Positions 1 through 11,443 of a DNA stretch of 57,236 bases are shown here, piece by piece. Both the position numbers and the translations under genes were made by a program. Under the pieces are notes generated by a model. It was not told where the DNA came from. It saw nothing but the letters and a program-made list of their open reading frames with translations, and did not search any database. The stretch spans positions 3,445,087-3,502,322 of the forward strand of contig NC_057724.1 in NCBI RefSeq assembly GCF_004010195.1, written 5' to 3'. Each line of letters begins with the position of its first letter. Position 1 is the first letter of the stretch. The DNA is from Chiloscyllium plagiosum (taxonomy: Eukaryota).

Positions 1-379
1 AAGATTGAATTTTCTCAAAATTAGAAAATTACTACAAAAAAGCATAACAATCTTATAACTGCTTACTGTTATTGTTATAACTATTTCTCTACTCCACAAA
101 CAATTTCGAAGAAAGAAAAGAATGAAGAGAAAAAAAAAGTACACAAGCTGCAATTCAATAAATAACTAAACCAAAAAAAAAGAAACTAAATTAAACCGAA
201 TTGAACCAAGGCAAATTAAATTAAATTAAGTTACAACACCAGCACAATCCCACCAAAACTCCACACCTCCTGGAGCATCAGTTGGCAGACGCATATTTGT
301 TCGGACTTCTTCCTCCCAGGGGCCCCTGGCCCGCCAGACACAGCCCTCATGGCTACACAAAGGCCCTGACCAATGTAGC

Positions 380-3300
380 TGAAAGCCTGCATCTATATAG
401 TTTAAAAAGGGCAACCATGTCCTATAAACGAGTTCCGTTTTCTGGTGCACCATACTTGTAAGGAAGTACAGGGGGATGTGCACCATAACTAACGTACGCC
501 ACTCCGAGAGTCCTGGGGGATTCTGCGACACCCAGCTCATCAGGATGTTCTTCCTCGCACAAAATGAAAGAATATTAAACAGTTTCTCCCCATGCACACC
601 CAAAGAGGGTAGATTCGGCAAACCCAAGAGGAGGGATATCGGAACTACCTTGACCTCAGTTCCCAAGACCCCTTCCCAAACATTTGCTACAGCGGCCCAA
701 TACCTACGAAGCTTGTGGCATGACTACGAGCAATGAGGAAGAGTAGCAACATCTATTTTACATTTGGGGCACGTTGGTGACACTCCTGTCCTCAATTTCG
801 CAAGACGCTCCAGTGTCAAATAAGCCCTGTGGAGTACCTTCAGTTACATAGCCTGTGTCCAATTGCAAATTGAAATCTTCCTTACGTTCTCCCAAATATT
901 CTCCCACTCCTCTGACGAGATCTCCACCCCCAATTCCTGAGTCCAGATTCCACATTACATTCGAAACATTACCTCTTAACAAATGGTAGAGGGTGCTGAC
1001 TGAGAAAGTATCCGTGGACCGAAGTACTCTCCTCTCCACTTCCGACTTATAGGGACTAACCATTAACGTAGTCTTTTTCTGTATAAAGTCCCTAATCTGA
1101 AAATAACAAAAGAGATCACGACTTCCCCGTAAAATAAATCTCCCAAACAGGAGACTCCTCTGGACTCCCAGAGCCGAAATCCAGAATCCATCAATCCCAG
1201 CCGGAACCCTAATATTCCTACTATTGGACTAAAAGGGCAAGTTTTTCTAAATTGCCTCATTTTGTTGCATCATTCTCCATGCTTTAACTGTGTTAAGGAC
1301 AATTGGATTTCTGCAATGGACCAAAACAGTCCTCATCTTGTCCATAAACACATTAACGAGGGGGCATTTTGCCTGGGAGGCCTCGATGTCCAGTCAAATT
1401 GACCGCGAATCCTGGCAATGCCAATCAGCCGCATAGGATAATAGGGAACTAAATTGATATTTCTTAAAATCTGGAAAATCCACAACCCCCCATCCCCTGC
1501 AGAGCTGCTATTTGGCAAGCTTAATGAGAGGCCGCCTATGATGTCAGATAATAGAGCTGAGCCAACTGGTAAGCCTCTGTAGCACTTGCCCGGGCAGTAT
1601 CAAAGGGAGCATTTGCATAGGATATAATAAACGAGGAAGAACATTCATTTTGATCAGAGCTATTCCACCCAACCAGGAAGATCCTCCCAGCATTGAAGGT
1701 CCTGCCTTATCTTCTCTAGCAACTGCACAAAGTTAGCTTTATATAAGTGATCGAAGGCCAGGGTGACAAAAATGCCTAAATACAGGAAATCTCCCTGTGA
1801 CCATCTGAAAGGGAATCGGATTCCACTCCCAAGATCGGGAACTCTAATAAGACCCCCACAGGTATGGCTTCTGATTTCATAAAATTGATTCTATACTCCG
1901 AGAAAGAACCAAATAGATTAATCACTTGTATTAAACAGGAGACATATATCGTCAGGTTAGTTAGAAAGAGAAGACTGTCATCTTCATAAAGGGTGATCGT
2001 ATGCCTGCTGAGCCTACCTCTGGGCAATTATAATGGAGCCCCTCCGGATAGCCTCTGCCAACGGCTCAATCACCAATGTAAATAGTAACGGTGAAAGGGG
2101 GCACCCCTTGTCGGCTGCCTCTGCCAATACTAAAATTGTCATACCTTATACCACTCGTGAGAACGGCTGCTTTAGGGTCACTAGATAACACTGCCACTCA
2201 CCTGGTAAAGACCCTCCAAGACCAAACCACTCTAGGACATAAAAGAGATATGGCCACTCCACCCGATGAAATGCTTTCTCTGCATCTGTGGAGACTACCA
2301 AGCCCAGAATCGACCCTTGCTAGCATACCTGAACCATATTTAATACTCTTCTAATATTATTAGAAGACCTGCGACCCCGAATACAACCTGTCTGGTCCTC
2401 CTTCACAATGAAAGACAAGACCTCCTCCAACCTCAACACCAACATTTTCAACAAAATCCATCTGAAATCCATCTGGGTCGGGCGCTTTACCACTCTGGAG
2501 CTGCCTCACCACCTTCTGTACCTCTTGAATTGTCAGAGGGGCATTCAAAAGAGACGCCTGGGAGGTCCAAAGGTCTTAAAAAAGGACCCCATGTCCTCAA
2601 AACCCTCCGATCAGTACAACTCAGAGTAGAACTTCCTGAATGCTGCGGTAATCCTTTTGGAATCGCAAGTGAGAGTACCAGCACACTCTCGAATGGATAT
2701 GATAGATTGGAGGCACTCTTCTTTCTAGCTAGGTACACCAGTTATCACCATACTCAAATAGCTGCTGTTTCGCAATGGAAATCTCTCTCTCTTTTTGCTG
2801 TCTGGGTGAGCACCACATTTAGAGCGGCCCTAAGAGCTGTAATCTGCTGCAATGTGGTTACAGACAAGTCTGTGAAAGTATGCTGTCTCAGCTACCTTCA
2901 GCCGGGCCTCGAGCATACACTGCTGCTCTCCCTTCTGCCGCTTCTGGGTCACTGAGTAAGAAATAATCAAACCCCTTGCATAGGTTATTTAGATTAGATT
3001 AGATTAGATTACTTACAGTATGGAAACAGGCCCTTCGGCCCACTAACCACTGTGCCACCGTGCCGCCCCTGCCACCGTGCCGCCCCATGTCTTGGCAGTC
3101 TCCCAGAGCACCAATGGATTATTGGCCATACCCGAATTAATTCCCACAAAAAATACTCAGTAAACTTGCTCTCCTTTAGGAGGAAAGGATCCACGTGCCA
3201 ATGCCGTGACCCTGTCCCATCACCACTGGCCTTAACCTCTATGTACACTGCCACATGATCAGAAATGGCTATGCTCCCAATTCCGCAGGACAACACCAAA

Positions 3301-3922
3301 TTCAAAAAGATCAATGTGGCTAAAAACAAGTCAATCCTAGTGTACCAATCATGTGGGTTAGAGAAAAAGGTGAAGTCCCTATCCTCAAGATGAAAACATC
3401 TCCACACATCCACCAACTCCAGCTCCCTGTTCAGGTCCACCAACTGCCTGGATTGCAGGGATATATCCACGAGATCTCTTGGCATCCTGTCCACCTTGGG
3501 GTCCATAAGTCGGTTGAGGTATCCCCTGATAATTGTATGACGTGCCCCAAGGGCCATCAACCTGTAAAATGCATCCATTAAAAATTTGAGGGGGTGTGCC
3601 AGAGGGCAATATATATTCAAGATCCCATACTCCTCTTCATGTATTAAAACTTTTAAGGATCATAAACAGTCCATATTCGCCCTTGATTTGGTTTAACAGC
3701 TGAAATGGGAGATTCTTCCAGATGAGTAGAGCAACTCCTCTACTTTTCGAATTAAAGGATGAGAAGAACACCTGGCCGAACTCTCCCCGCTGTAACTTTA
3801 AGTGCTCCTTATCAGTTAGATGTGTTTCTTGCAGCAAGGTTTGAAAGGATCTTTTTTCTTTTAATTGGTGAATGACTCCCCCTAACATTCCAGGTGCACC
3901 ATTTAAATGAGAGCTTAGCCAC
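380..3922 (-). pseudogene. L1 ORF2 (APE endonuclease + reverse transcriptase + zinc knuckle), frameshifted
   Basis: Motif fragments: WCTWNVRG, LLQETHL, SRGVALLI, NIYCP, DVWR, YTRIDLFL, SDH, KAPDPDGF, RQGCPLSPLLF, LYEDD, CPKC..H...C, and C-terminal WLPFLNY. Confidence 0.85.
2989..3090 (-). mobile_element. Internally deleted HE1-type SINE nested in L1 ORF2
   Basis: A (TAGAT)n tail and ggaaacaggcccttcggccc are joined directly to ctaaccactgtgccaccgtgccgccc, the SINE 5' end. Confidence 0.75.
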
Positions 3923-4600
3923 AGCCATCTGAAGCAGCCCATGATCCCCCAGGAGGAAGAACTCCACTCATAGCACGCCGAGTGAAAACAATAAACAGTT
4001 CGTATAAACTTGAAAATACAACTACAAAAACTACCAAATCAAAACTTCTAACAACTACTTCTACAATGAAACAACATATAACACAAATAAGAGACTTTCT
4101 CCCTTGCCCACAGGGGGCGCTCATACTTCCCATTAACCCCTCCATGGCTCGTTCTCACTGAAGCTGCACCCCAAACCCAGGCAAAACAAAGTTTAAAAAG
4201 TTACGTGTGTCTTACAACAATAAAATTAAAAGTGGGCACTCAACCCGTCCCATCCATATTTTGACCTTAGGTTATCCTGGAAAAACCCAAGCCCCCCACT
4301 CACCAAACCCTTCCCCCCATCCTCTATTAAGAGAGAAACAAAAAGGGAATGATAGAAAAACAAAGGACAATGGGAGGGAGGAAGAAGGGAGGAGAGAAAC
4401 AGAAAAAAAGGGACCCACATATTAAAAAAGCTAAACCAGGTAAACCAAGCAAACTACAGAAAAAACAAAGGGAACACTATTGTCCATATTATTTGAGCCA
4501 GTCAGTCTATTTTAAGGTGTCCAGGAGGTCCTTTGCCTTTTCCAATGAGTCAAAATTAAAAACGGACCCTCCGTGGCTAAAAAGTAATATTCGCCCATAG

Positions 4601-4740
4601 GTGTTAAAGTTTGTGCGAAGATTTGTCGCTCGGGTGCTCGTTGTTGTGGTTCGGTTCGCTCAGCTGGGAATTTGAGTTGCAGACGTTTCGTCCCCTGTCT
4701 AGGTGACATCCTCAGTGCTTGGGAGTCTCCTGTGAAGCGC
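4601..4740 (-). mobile_element. Solo Penelope-like terminal repeat inserted in L1 ORF1
   Basis: Near-identical to 17018-17155 and 41074-41150. It shares its layout with the ends of the GIY-YIG elements at 10152 and 32160. Confidence 0.75.
4679..4718 (-). ncRNA. Minimal type-I hammerhead ribozyme motif (intact core)
   Basis: GCA-CUGAGGA-U-GUCACCU-AGAC-AGGGGAC-GAAA-CGUC-UGC. Confidence 0.7.
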
Positions 4741-5650
4741 TACAACGAAATGTAATATTGCTGGATATCTGACAGAATACTGAATATATCCAAGTCCCTT
4801 AGCCATATTTTTTCCTTGTCAAAGGCCTTACTCTTGCGGATCATGGCTGCAGAAAAGTCTTGGGAAAATATAATTCTTGATCCTTTGTATGTCAGAGCCT
4901 GTGGATCCTTCCCCAGTGCTCTAGAAGTTTCCAGCACCATTTGTTGATCTCTATAGTGCTGGTCCAATCAGGGCCTGCGCACTGTGATCTGGTGGGCCAC
5001 TCAACCCACACCCGGTCCGCCCGACTTCCAGCTTCAAAAACCGCAGGAGCGATTGCTCCGAGAAGCTGACCAGCTGGCATCCTTCTTCCTGTTCCGGCAG
5101 TCCGATCAAATGGATGTTCTTTCGATGGCCTCGATTTTCGAGGTCATTGACCTGCTCTACTAAGGCCCGTACCTGCCGTTCCCGGGGCTGGACCCAACCC
5201 ATCCAGGATTCTGCCGCCTTTTCGGAAGGCGCGGTCCGCTGCTCCACCTCCATGACCCGCTGCCTGAGATGCTGGATCTCCTGGTCATGCTCCTGCAGCA
5301 TGGCCGAGTTTGGTTCCAGCTTGATCCGGGTATCCACCATCGCTGAATTGATCTTCGCTCGGAGTTTCACAAACTCCGAGATCAGCCTCTGCTCCATAGG
5401 AAACCCCCTGGGACATTTGCGGAGGCCGACACTGTGGGCGTGCCCATTGCTGCAGGGGAATGCCCTGCTTGGTGCAATCCTCGCTGTCCTTTTCCCTTAG
5501 TCATTTTTCCTAATCAATTAAACTGACATACAGCAATTCTGGGGATCCAAAACTACCAATTTTTACCAGAATGGGTGAGAAAGGGAGGGTGAATGCATCA
5601 CTTTGTCTGGGTTCTTGTAGAGCGCTCAGTAGGGCAGACCTATTGGATCA

Positions 5651-5662
5651 CCGCCATCTTGG
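5651..5662 (-). promoter_or_regulatory. YY1-type motif at L1 5' end (internal promoter)
   Basis: CCAAGATGGCGG lies within about 20 nt of the inferred L1 start, the same position as the YY1 site of mammalian L1. Confidence 0.6.
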
Positions 5663-5789
5663 TTCTCCCTTCATATCGTTCTGAACTCACCAATATTTAT
5701 TTTCAGGTCCAGACCCTTTGTTATTCAAGTTGTTAGTATCAATGCAGAGGGAGGAGTCAAACTGCGGAATGTTTCAGAGACACATGCAC

Positions 5790-6275
5790 AAAACAACCCT
5801 GTGTGTGAATACTTTAACTCCTCCTCCCATTCTGCCAAGGACATGCAAGCCCTTGGCCTCCTCCACCGCCAAACTCTAGGCATCCAACGCCTGAAGGAAG
5901 AACGTTTCATCTTCCGCCTTGGAATCCTCCAACCACACGGGATCAATGTGGATTTCACCAGGTTCCCCATTTCCCCTCCCCCCACCTTAGCCCAGGACCA
6001 ACCTTCCAAATCGGCACCACTCTCTTGAACTGTCCTACCTGCCCATCTTCCTTCCCACCTATCCATTCCACCCTCCTCTCCAAATTAACACCTTCACCCC
6101 CACTTTCATCTACCTATCGCATTCCCAGCTACCTTCCCTCCAGCTTCACCCCCCTCTTATTTATCTCTCAGCCCCCTTGGGCTAACCCCATATTTCCGAT
6201 GAAGAGCTTATGCTCAAAACATCGACCCTCCTGCTCCTTAGATGCTGCCTGGCCTGCTGTGCTTTTCCAGCTTTT
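5790..6275 (+). mobile_element. Penelope-like element 3' fragment with degenerate hammerhead (6196-6225)
   Basis: C-terminus RLKEERFIFRLGILQPHGINVDF, a pyrimidine-rich UTR, then ccgatgaagagcttatgctcaaaacatc. Confidence 0.7.
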
Positions 6276-6874
6276 TGACTCATTAGTCCCAATGTCATAC
6301 AGTCATGATCTTGGCATCAGGGAGGCAATATACCACCTTGCACACAGAAACATCTGTCTGTTCCCCTGAGCACCCTATCACTACCATTCTGCCTCTCCCT
6401 CCTTTCCTGTACTGGTGAGCTGCCTGTAGTGTCAAAATCTTGGCCCTGACTTCATTTCTTTGCAAAACTAATGCCCCTATCTATGCCCAAAACAGAAAAT
6501 TGATGAGTGAGTAAGACATCAAAGGATTCCCGCATTACCTTTCTGGTTCTCATGGACTGTCACTAACCTCAACCCTATTCTTGGTAGTTACCCATTTAAC
6601 TTTCTGCCTCCATGCTTCCAGCCTGCAGTGTGACCACCTCTCTGAATGTGCTATCCACTCAGCTCTTGCCGTCACAAATGAGCCACAGTGACTCTAGCCA
6701 CTGCTTGAGCTGCAAAACATGGAGCTCAAGTTTCTGCAGCTGGCAATACTTTCTGAATATGGATGTTTACGTCACTGGAAGTACCTACAACTTCCCACAT
6801 TCTACAGGATAAACACTCCACACGACCAATCTGTGCTGCCGTAACTTTGCTTAATTTACATTATTTTACTTTAG

Positions 6875-7046
6875 CTGAAAATGTGGCAGGTCAGGCAGCA
6901 TCCAAGGAACAGGAGAATCAACGTTTCGGGCATAAGCCCTTCTTCAGGAAACTCCTGTTCCTTGGATGCTGCCTGACCTGCTGCGCTTTTCCAGCAACAC
7001 ATTTTCAGCTCTGATCTCCAGCATCTGCAGTCCTCACTTTCTCCTC
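6875..7046. mobile_element. Fold-back mini Penelope-terminus element with 16-bp TSD; hammerhead motif at 6917-6950 (-)
   Basis: Inverted arms; TSD cattattttactttag at 6859-6874 and 7047-7062; CUGAAGA-A-GGGC-UUAU-GCCC-GAAA-CGUU. Confidence 0.75.
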
Positions 7047-7671
7047 CATTATTTTACTTTAGTTTACTTAATTACGTTTATTTTATGTAGTCTTAACAAA
7101 CTTTACGAGTCTATGGATGAACCTTATTATGGATAAATTCAGCTAACAGAGTCCAGCTACTCACCGTCCAATCAACTCATGAGGCCATGTCACTGCAGGT
7201 GGCAGACTCACCTCCTCTCTTGCTAGTTTCCTGATGAAAAGTGACCTAGGTTCAATGGATCCTTGGTTAAACCTTATCTTGATTGGCTGCCTTCACATTC
7301 CACATCACCTTGTAGCTTTCCTGATATCTCACGATGTCGTTCAAAATGGGGAGGGGGGGGGTGGTGTCAGTTTCCTCCAATGTTCTCCTCTAGAGCGGCA
7401 ACTACTTAGGGCAGCTGACAACTCAACACTTTTCAAGTTGCCTTTCCCTGTGATAAAGTTAGTAAAAGGGCAGATACTTTGACTGTGCGAGGCATCAGAA
7501 CTAAGCCTGACTCTTGCCTCAACATTTATACAGGTACGCTATCCATGGAGTCACTGGAGAATAGTCAGGACTAGTAACTTTGCCTGCATCTTTCCTACTC
7601 AATGCCTAAGGTACTGAAACCCGCAATAATGTCTTTATTACTACACAGGCCGTGACCATAATGTGACTCAC

Positions 7672-7792
7672 TGCTATGATTCCACAGGAATTTCTTCTCC
7701 TTGTCCTTGTCTTTCTTTTTGTTTTTCGGATCAACAGGTACAGGTTCTTCCTGAGGAGGGTACAGCTCCCCATCAGTGGAACACACCAACAT
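7672..7792 (-). CDS. TAF7: TFIID subunit 7 (TAF7/TAF7L), coding exon 5
   Basis: MLVCSTDGELYPPQEEPVPVDPKNKKKDKDKEKKFLWNHS; AG acceptor and GTGAGT donor; 121 nt, in phase with exon 4. Confidence 0.93.
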
Positions 7793-8039
7793 CTAGAACA
7801 ACAGGAACAAGAAATAATGCAGCTGAGACACCTGTTTCAATCCACAGAATGCCTTTATACACTCCATGATGCCATTTCCTCCTCCCACTCCCTCCCTGCT
7901 TCAGCAACCCACTCTCACCCTTGGCCTCTCCTCCTCTTCCTCCCTGGCCCTAGCCAACTCCTCACTCATCCTCAACCTTGCTATCATCTATGCTGTCAGC
8001 CAGGGTTCCTTTGGTCCACCCGCTATCCTAACAGCACCC

Positions 8040-8165
8040 AAAAGAAACCCATTCAGACACAGGACGAACATGCAAACTCCGCATAGACCACACAAGCCCA
8101 AGGGTGGTATCAAACCTGGGTCGCTGGCTCTAAGTCTGCTGACCACTGAGCCACCTTGCTGCCCC
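8040..8165 (-). mobile_element. Old HE1-like SINE fragment
   Basis: aaacccattcagacacaggacgaacatgcaaactcc...accactgagccaccttgctgccc. Confidence 0.6.
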
Positions 8166-8194
8166 ATCTCTTTGTGCTCGAAGGATAAGTGATG

Positions 8195-8900
8195 CAGTTC
8201 TAAGTCAAAATGGCGAGTGGCTTGGAGGGATACATGCAGGTGTTAGTGTTCCCACTGTTCTCATGACTCTGCAGTCCTTCACCTGCTGGATGGTAGTGGT
8301 CTTGGGTTTAGAAGGTACTGGCAGAGGATCCTTGGTGAATTGCTGCAGTGCATCGTGTAGATGATGCACAGTGGTGCCACTGTGTTTCACTGATGAAGAG
8401 AGTGTATGCTGAAAATGGTGGATGTGGTTCCAATCGAATCGCTGCTTCCGCTGGATGGTGTTGAGCTTCTTGAGCATTGTTGGAGCTTCACTCATCCAGG
8501 CAAGTGGATAGTCAGGAGGTGGGTCACTCACTACTGAACCCCTAACCTCTGACTTACCGTTGTAGCCACCGTATTTATATGTCTGGTCCAGTTCAGTTTC
8601 TAGTCAATGGTAATCCCAGCATGTTGATAGCAGAGGATTCATGCTACTGAATATCAAGGCCAGATTGCCTGGCACTATTGTCGTGTTAATGTTACTTTTG
8701 TCACTTACCAATCCAAGCCTGGATATTGTCCAAGTCTGGCTGCATTTGGATAATGATTGTTTCAGTATCTGAGGAGTCACAAATGGCACTGAACCATCCC
8801 TACTTCTGACCTTATGATGGATTCCTTGATACACACTTGGTCAAGTGCTTTCTTTTCATTAAGGGCAGTCATTCTCATCTCATCTCTGGAGTTCACGTTT
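8195..8900 (-). mobile_element. Decayed LINE (CR1/L2-like) RT 3' region
   Basis: Minus-strand translation fragments resemble an RT C-terminus (LAWMSEAPTMLKKLNTIQ; KCSQTWTISRLG). Confidence 0.55.
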
Positions 8901-8934
8901 AACATCATTTTCTACTCTGGTCCCGTTAATAAAG

Positions 8935-9168
8935 GAGAAAGTGAGGACTGCAGATGCTGGAGATCAGAGCTGAAAATGTGTTGCTGGAAAAGCGCAGCAG
9001 GTCAGGCAGCATCCAAGGAACAGGAGAATCAACGTTTCGGGCATAAGCCCTTTCAGGCTCAACGTTTCAGGCTCATTCCTGAAGAAGGGCTTATGCCCGA
9101 AACGCTGATTCTCCTGTTCCTTGGATGCTGCCTGACCTGCTGCGCTTTTCCAGCAACACATTTTCAGC
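8935..9168. mobile_element. Fold-back mini Penelope-terminus element with 14-bp TSD
   Basis: Long inverted arms; TSD tcccgttaataaag at 8921-8934 and 9169-9182; two opposed, mutated hammerhead motifs. Confidence 0.8.
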
Positions 9169-9405
9169 TCCCGTTAATAAAGCCCAGGATGTTGTATGCT
9201 TCATTAATCACTTTCTCAACCTGTCCTGTCAATATCAATGATTTCTTTACATCATATCCTTTGGGATAAAAATCAACAAATAACAGAATAAAAACCCAAT
9301 AGTAGAAACAAATAATCTTGTCTTTCAGAAAGAGGGTCCTTGCTGATCTGAATCCAGTGTGTGGAACTTTGCTTTTCATCGCGACAAATAATGTGATGAC
9401 CAAAC

Positions 9406-9539
9406 CTGACACACGTCAGCAGTTTTGTAGAATGTCTTCTTATCAATGGTCTTGAGAGATTCGATGATACACGGCAGATCGACTAACTTGGCAGCCAAGG
9501 GCTGCTTGTCCACTCGCACAATGCCATGCCGGCCATCCG
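9406..9539 (-). CDS. TAF7: TAF7/TAF7L coding exon 4
   Basis: (P)[44 protein letters not shown] (TAFII55 N-terminal domain); 134 nt, AG/GT. Confidence 0.95.
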
Positions 9540-10152
9540 CTATGAGAAAGGAAACAGAAACCAGTTTTATACATCTATACTAATGCATTTACACTCTCAT
9601 CCACTTCTCCACCCCTCAAATCTCACTGAGTCTCATAGTTCCACCAAGCTTGAGTGAAGGTGTGGAAGGCAACAGAAAGTGAATCCTAAAGTGACATTCA
9701 ATATTAACACAGGGTGTTGTTAAAGAAAGAAATTGTTTGCTATAAGCAGCTGTTTAAACAAACACTGAAACAGGACATAAAACATTCTGAAGTAGAATCA
9801 GACTTGACTGGGTACATGAACGGGTTCTACAGACACTGCCAAACCTGATGATTTCCAGCTTCTCTATATCAGAGGACACAAAAGGGAACTGGATAAGGAT
9901 GTAGAAATAAATATAAAAAGAATGTGGGGAAAGGCCCAAGTTATATGTTGGAGTCTTCTTCGCCCAGAGGACTGCCTGGATGAAGTCATCAGTCCATGTG
10001 AACAGTGATAATTTACTGTAAATGACAAACCAGAAAGGTGTCAGTTCTTGCCTGGCGTAAAGAGGCAGAGGGAACGCCTGGTAATATGAGAGGGGTGCAG
10101 TCACCTAGCTTCACTTTTGATTGCCTTAGAAGCTTGGAAAGGAAATTCTGAG

Positions 10153-11443
10153 AAGGTTTGTAGCTCAGGTTGAGGTTTAGGGTGTAGGTTTGCTCGCTGA
10201 GCTGTAGGTTTGATATCCAGATGTTTCATTACCTGGCTAGGTAACATCATCAGTGGCGACCTCCAAGTGAAGCGAAGCTGTTGTCTCCTGCTTTCTATTT
10301 ATATCTTTCTCCTGGATGGGGTTCCTGGGGTTTGTGGTGATGTCATTTCCTGTTCATTTTCTGAGGGGTTGATTTTTGGTATCTAGATCTATGTGTTTGT
10401 TTATGGCGTTGTGGTTGGAGTGCCAGGCCTCTAGGAATTCTCTGGCATGTCTTTGCTTAGCCTGTCCCAGGATAGATGTGTTGTCCCAGCCGAAATGGTG
10501 ATTTTTTTCATCCGTGTGTAGGGCTACGAGGGAGAGAGGGTCGTGTCTTTTTGTGGCTAGCTAGTGTTCGTGTATCCTGGTGGCTAACCTTCTTCCTGTT
10601 TGTCCTACGTAGTGTTTGTGGCAGTCCATGCATGGAATTTTGTAGATGACGTTGGTTTTGTCCATGGGTTGTACTGAATCTTTTAAGTTTGTTACCTTTT
10701 CTTTGAGAGTGTTGGTGGGTTTTTGTGCTATCAGGATTCCGAGAGGTCTTAGTAGTCTGGCTATCATTTCCGAGACTTCGTTGATGTATGGTAAGGTGGT
10801 TAGGGTTTCTGGCTGTGTTTGGTCTGCTTNNNNNNNNNNNNNNNNNNNNNNNNNNNNNNNNNNNNNNNNNNNNNNNNNNNNNNNNNNNNNNNNNNNNNNN
10901 NNNNNNNNNNNNNNNNNNNNNNNNNNNNNNNNNNNNNNNNNNNNNNNNNNNNNNNNNNNNNNNNNNNNNNNNNNNNNNNNNNNNNNNNNNNNNNNNNNNN
11001 NNNNNNNNNNNNNNNNNNNNNNNNNNNNNNNNNNNNNNNNNNNNNNNNNNNNNNNNNNNNNNNNNNNNNNNNNNNNNNNNNNNNNNNNNNNNNNNNNNNN
11101 NNNNNNNNNNNNNNNNNNNNNNGTAGTCTGACTGTCATTTCTGAAACTTCTTTGATGTATAGTAAGGTGGTTAGGGTTTCTGGCTGGGTTTAGTCTGTTT
11201 GTCGTGGTTTGTTCTTGAGGAATCTGCGCACTAGAATTTTTGAGTATCCGTTCTTCTTGAATACGTTGTATAGGTGGTTCTCTTCTTTCAATGAACTTCA
11301 GAAAACAGAGGAACCCCATCCAGGAGAAAGTTATAAATAGAAAGCAGGAGACAACAGCTTCGCTTCACTTGGAGGTCGCCACTGATGATGTAATGAAACG
11401 TCTGGATATCAAATCTACAGTTCAGCGAGCAAACCTACACCCT
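10153..11443 (-). mobile_element. Penelope-like element (GIY-YIG 3' part) with inverted terminal repeat; contains N gap
   Basis: LPYINEVSE, NVIYKIPCMDCHKHYVGQTGRRLATRIHEH. 11307-11443 is the reverse complement of about 10176-10330. TSD aaaggaaattYtgag at 10138-10152 and 11444-11458. Confidence 0.85.
10217..10256 (-). ncRNA. Hammerhead motif (CpG-decayed stem III)
   Basis: CCA-CUGAUGA-U-GUUACCU-AGCC-AGGUAAU-GAAA-CAUC-UGG. Confidence 0.55.

Larger units (their letters stand above)
4512..5504 (-). pseudogene. L1 ORF1 (coiled coil + RRM/CTD), disrupted
   Basis: ATG at 5504; a coiled-coil segment is followed by DLENRGHRKNIHLIGLPEQEEG, then IIFSQDFSAA and YPA. It ends FDSLEKAKDLLDTLK*. Confidence 0.8.
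1..5670 (-). mobile_element. L1-clade LINE, decayed but 5'-intact; 3' end runs off the window
   Basis: The minus strand reads 5' AGGGAGAACCAAGATGGCGG, then ORF1, a T-rich spacer, and ORF2 with APE, RT and CCHC motifs. A T-rich 3' UTR lies at about 1-230. Confidence 0.9.

Noticed and set aside
4512-4709. Recurrent peptide MSPRQGTKRLQHKFPARRTEPQQRAPE (also 16997 and 41302)
   Set aside because: Incidental translation of the non-coding Penelope terminal repeat, not a gene family.
1-7671. TAF7 exon 6 (expected ITLPLKNVRKRRFRK)
   Set aside because: Not found by eye in this interval; presumed to lie left of the window.
8964-9161. Same peptide encoded on both strands (MCCWKSAAGQAASKEQENQRF)
   Set aside because: A consequence of the inverted repeat; there is no evidence of coding.
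10561-11319. Long ORFs crossing N runs (also 21850-22663 and 38427-38837)
   Set aside because: Their length comes from assembly gaps translated as X. Only the Penelope GIY-YIG part is meaningful.
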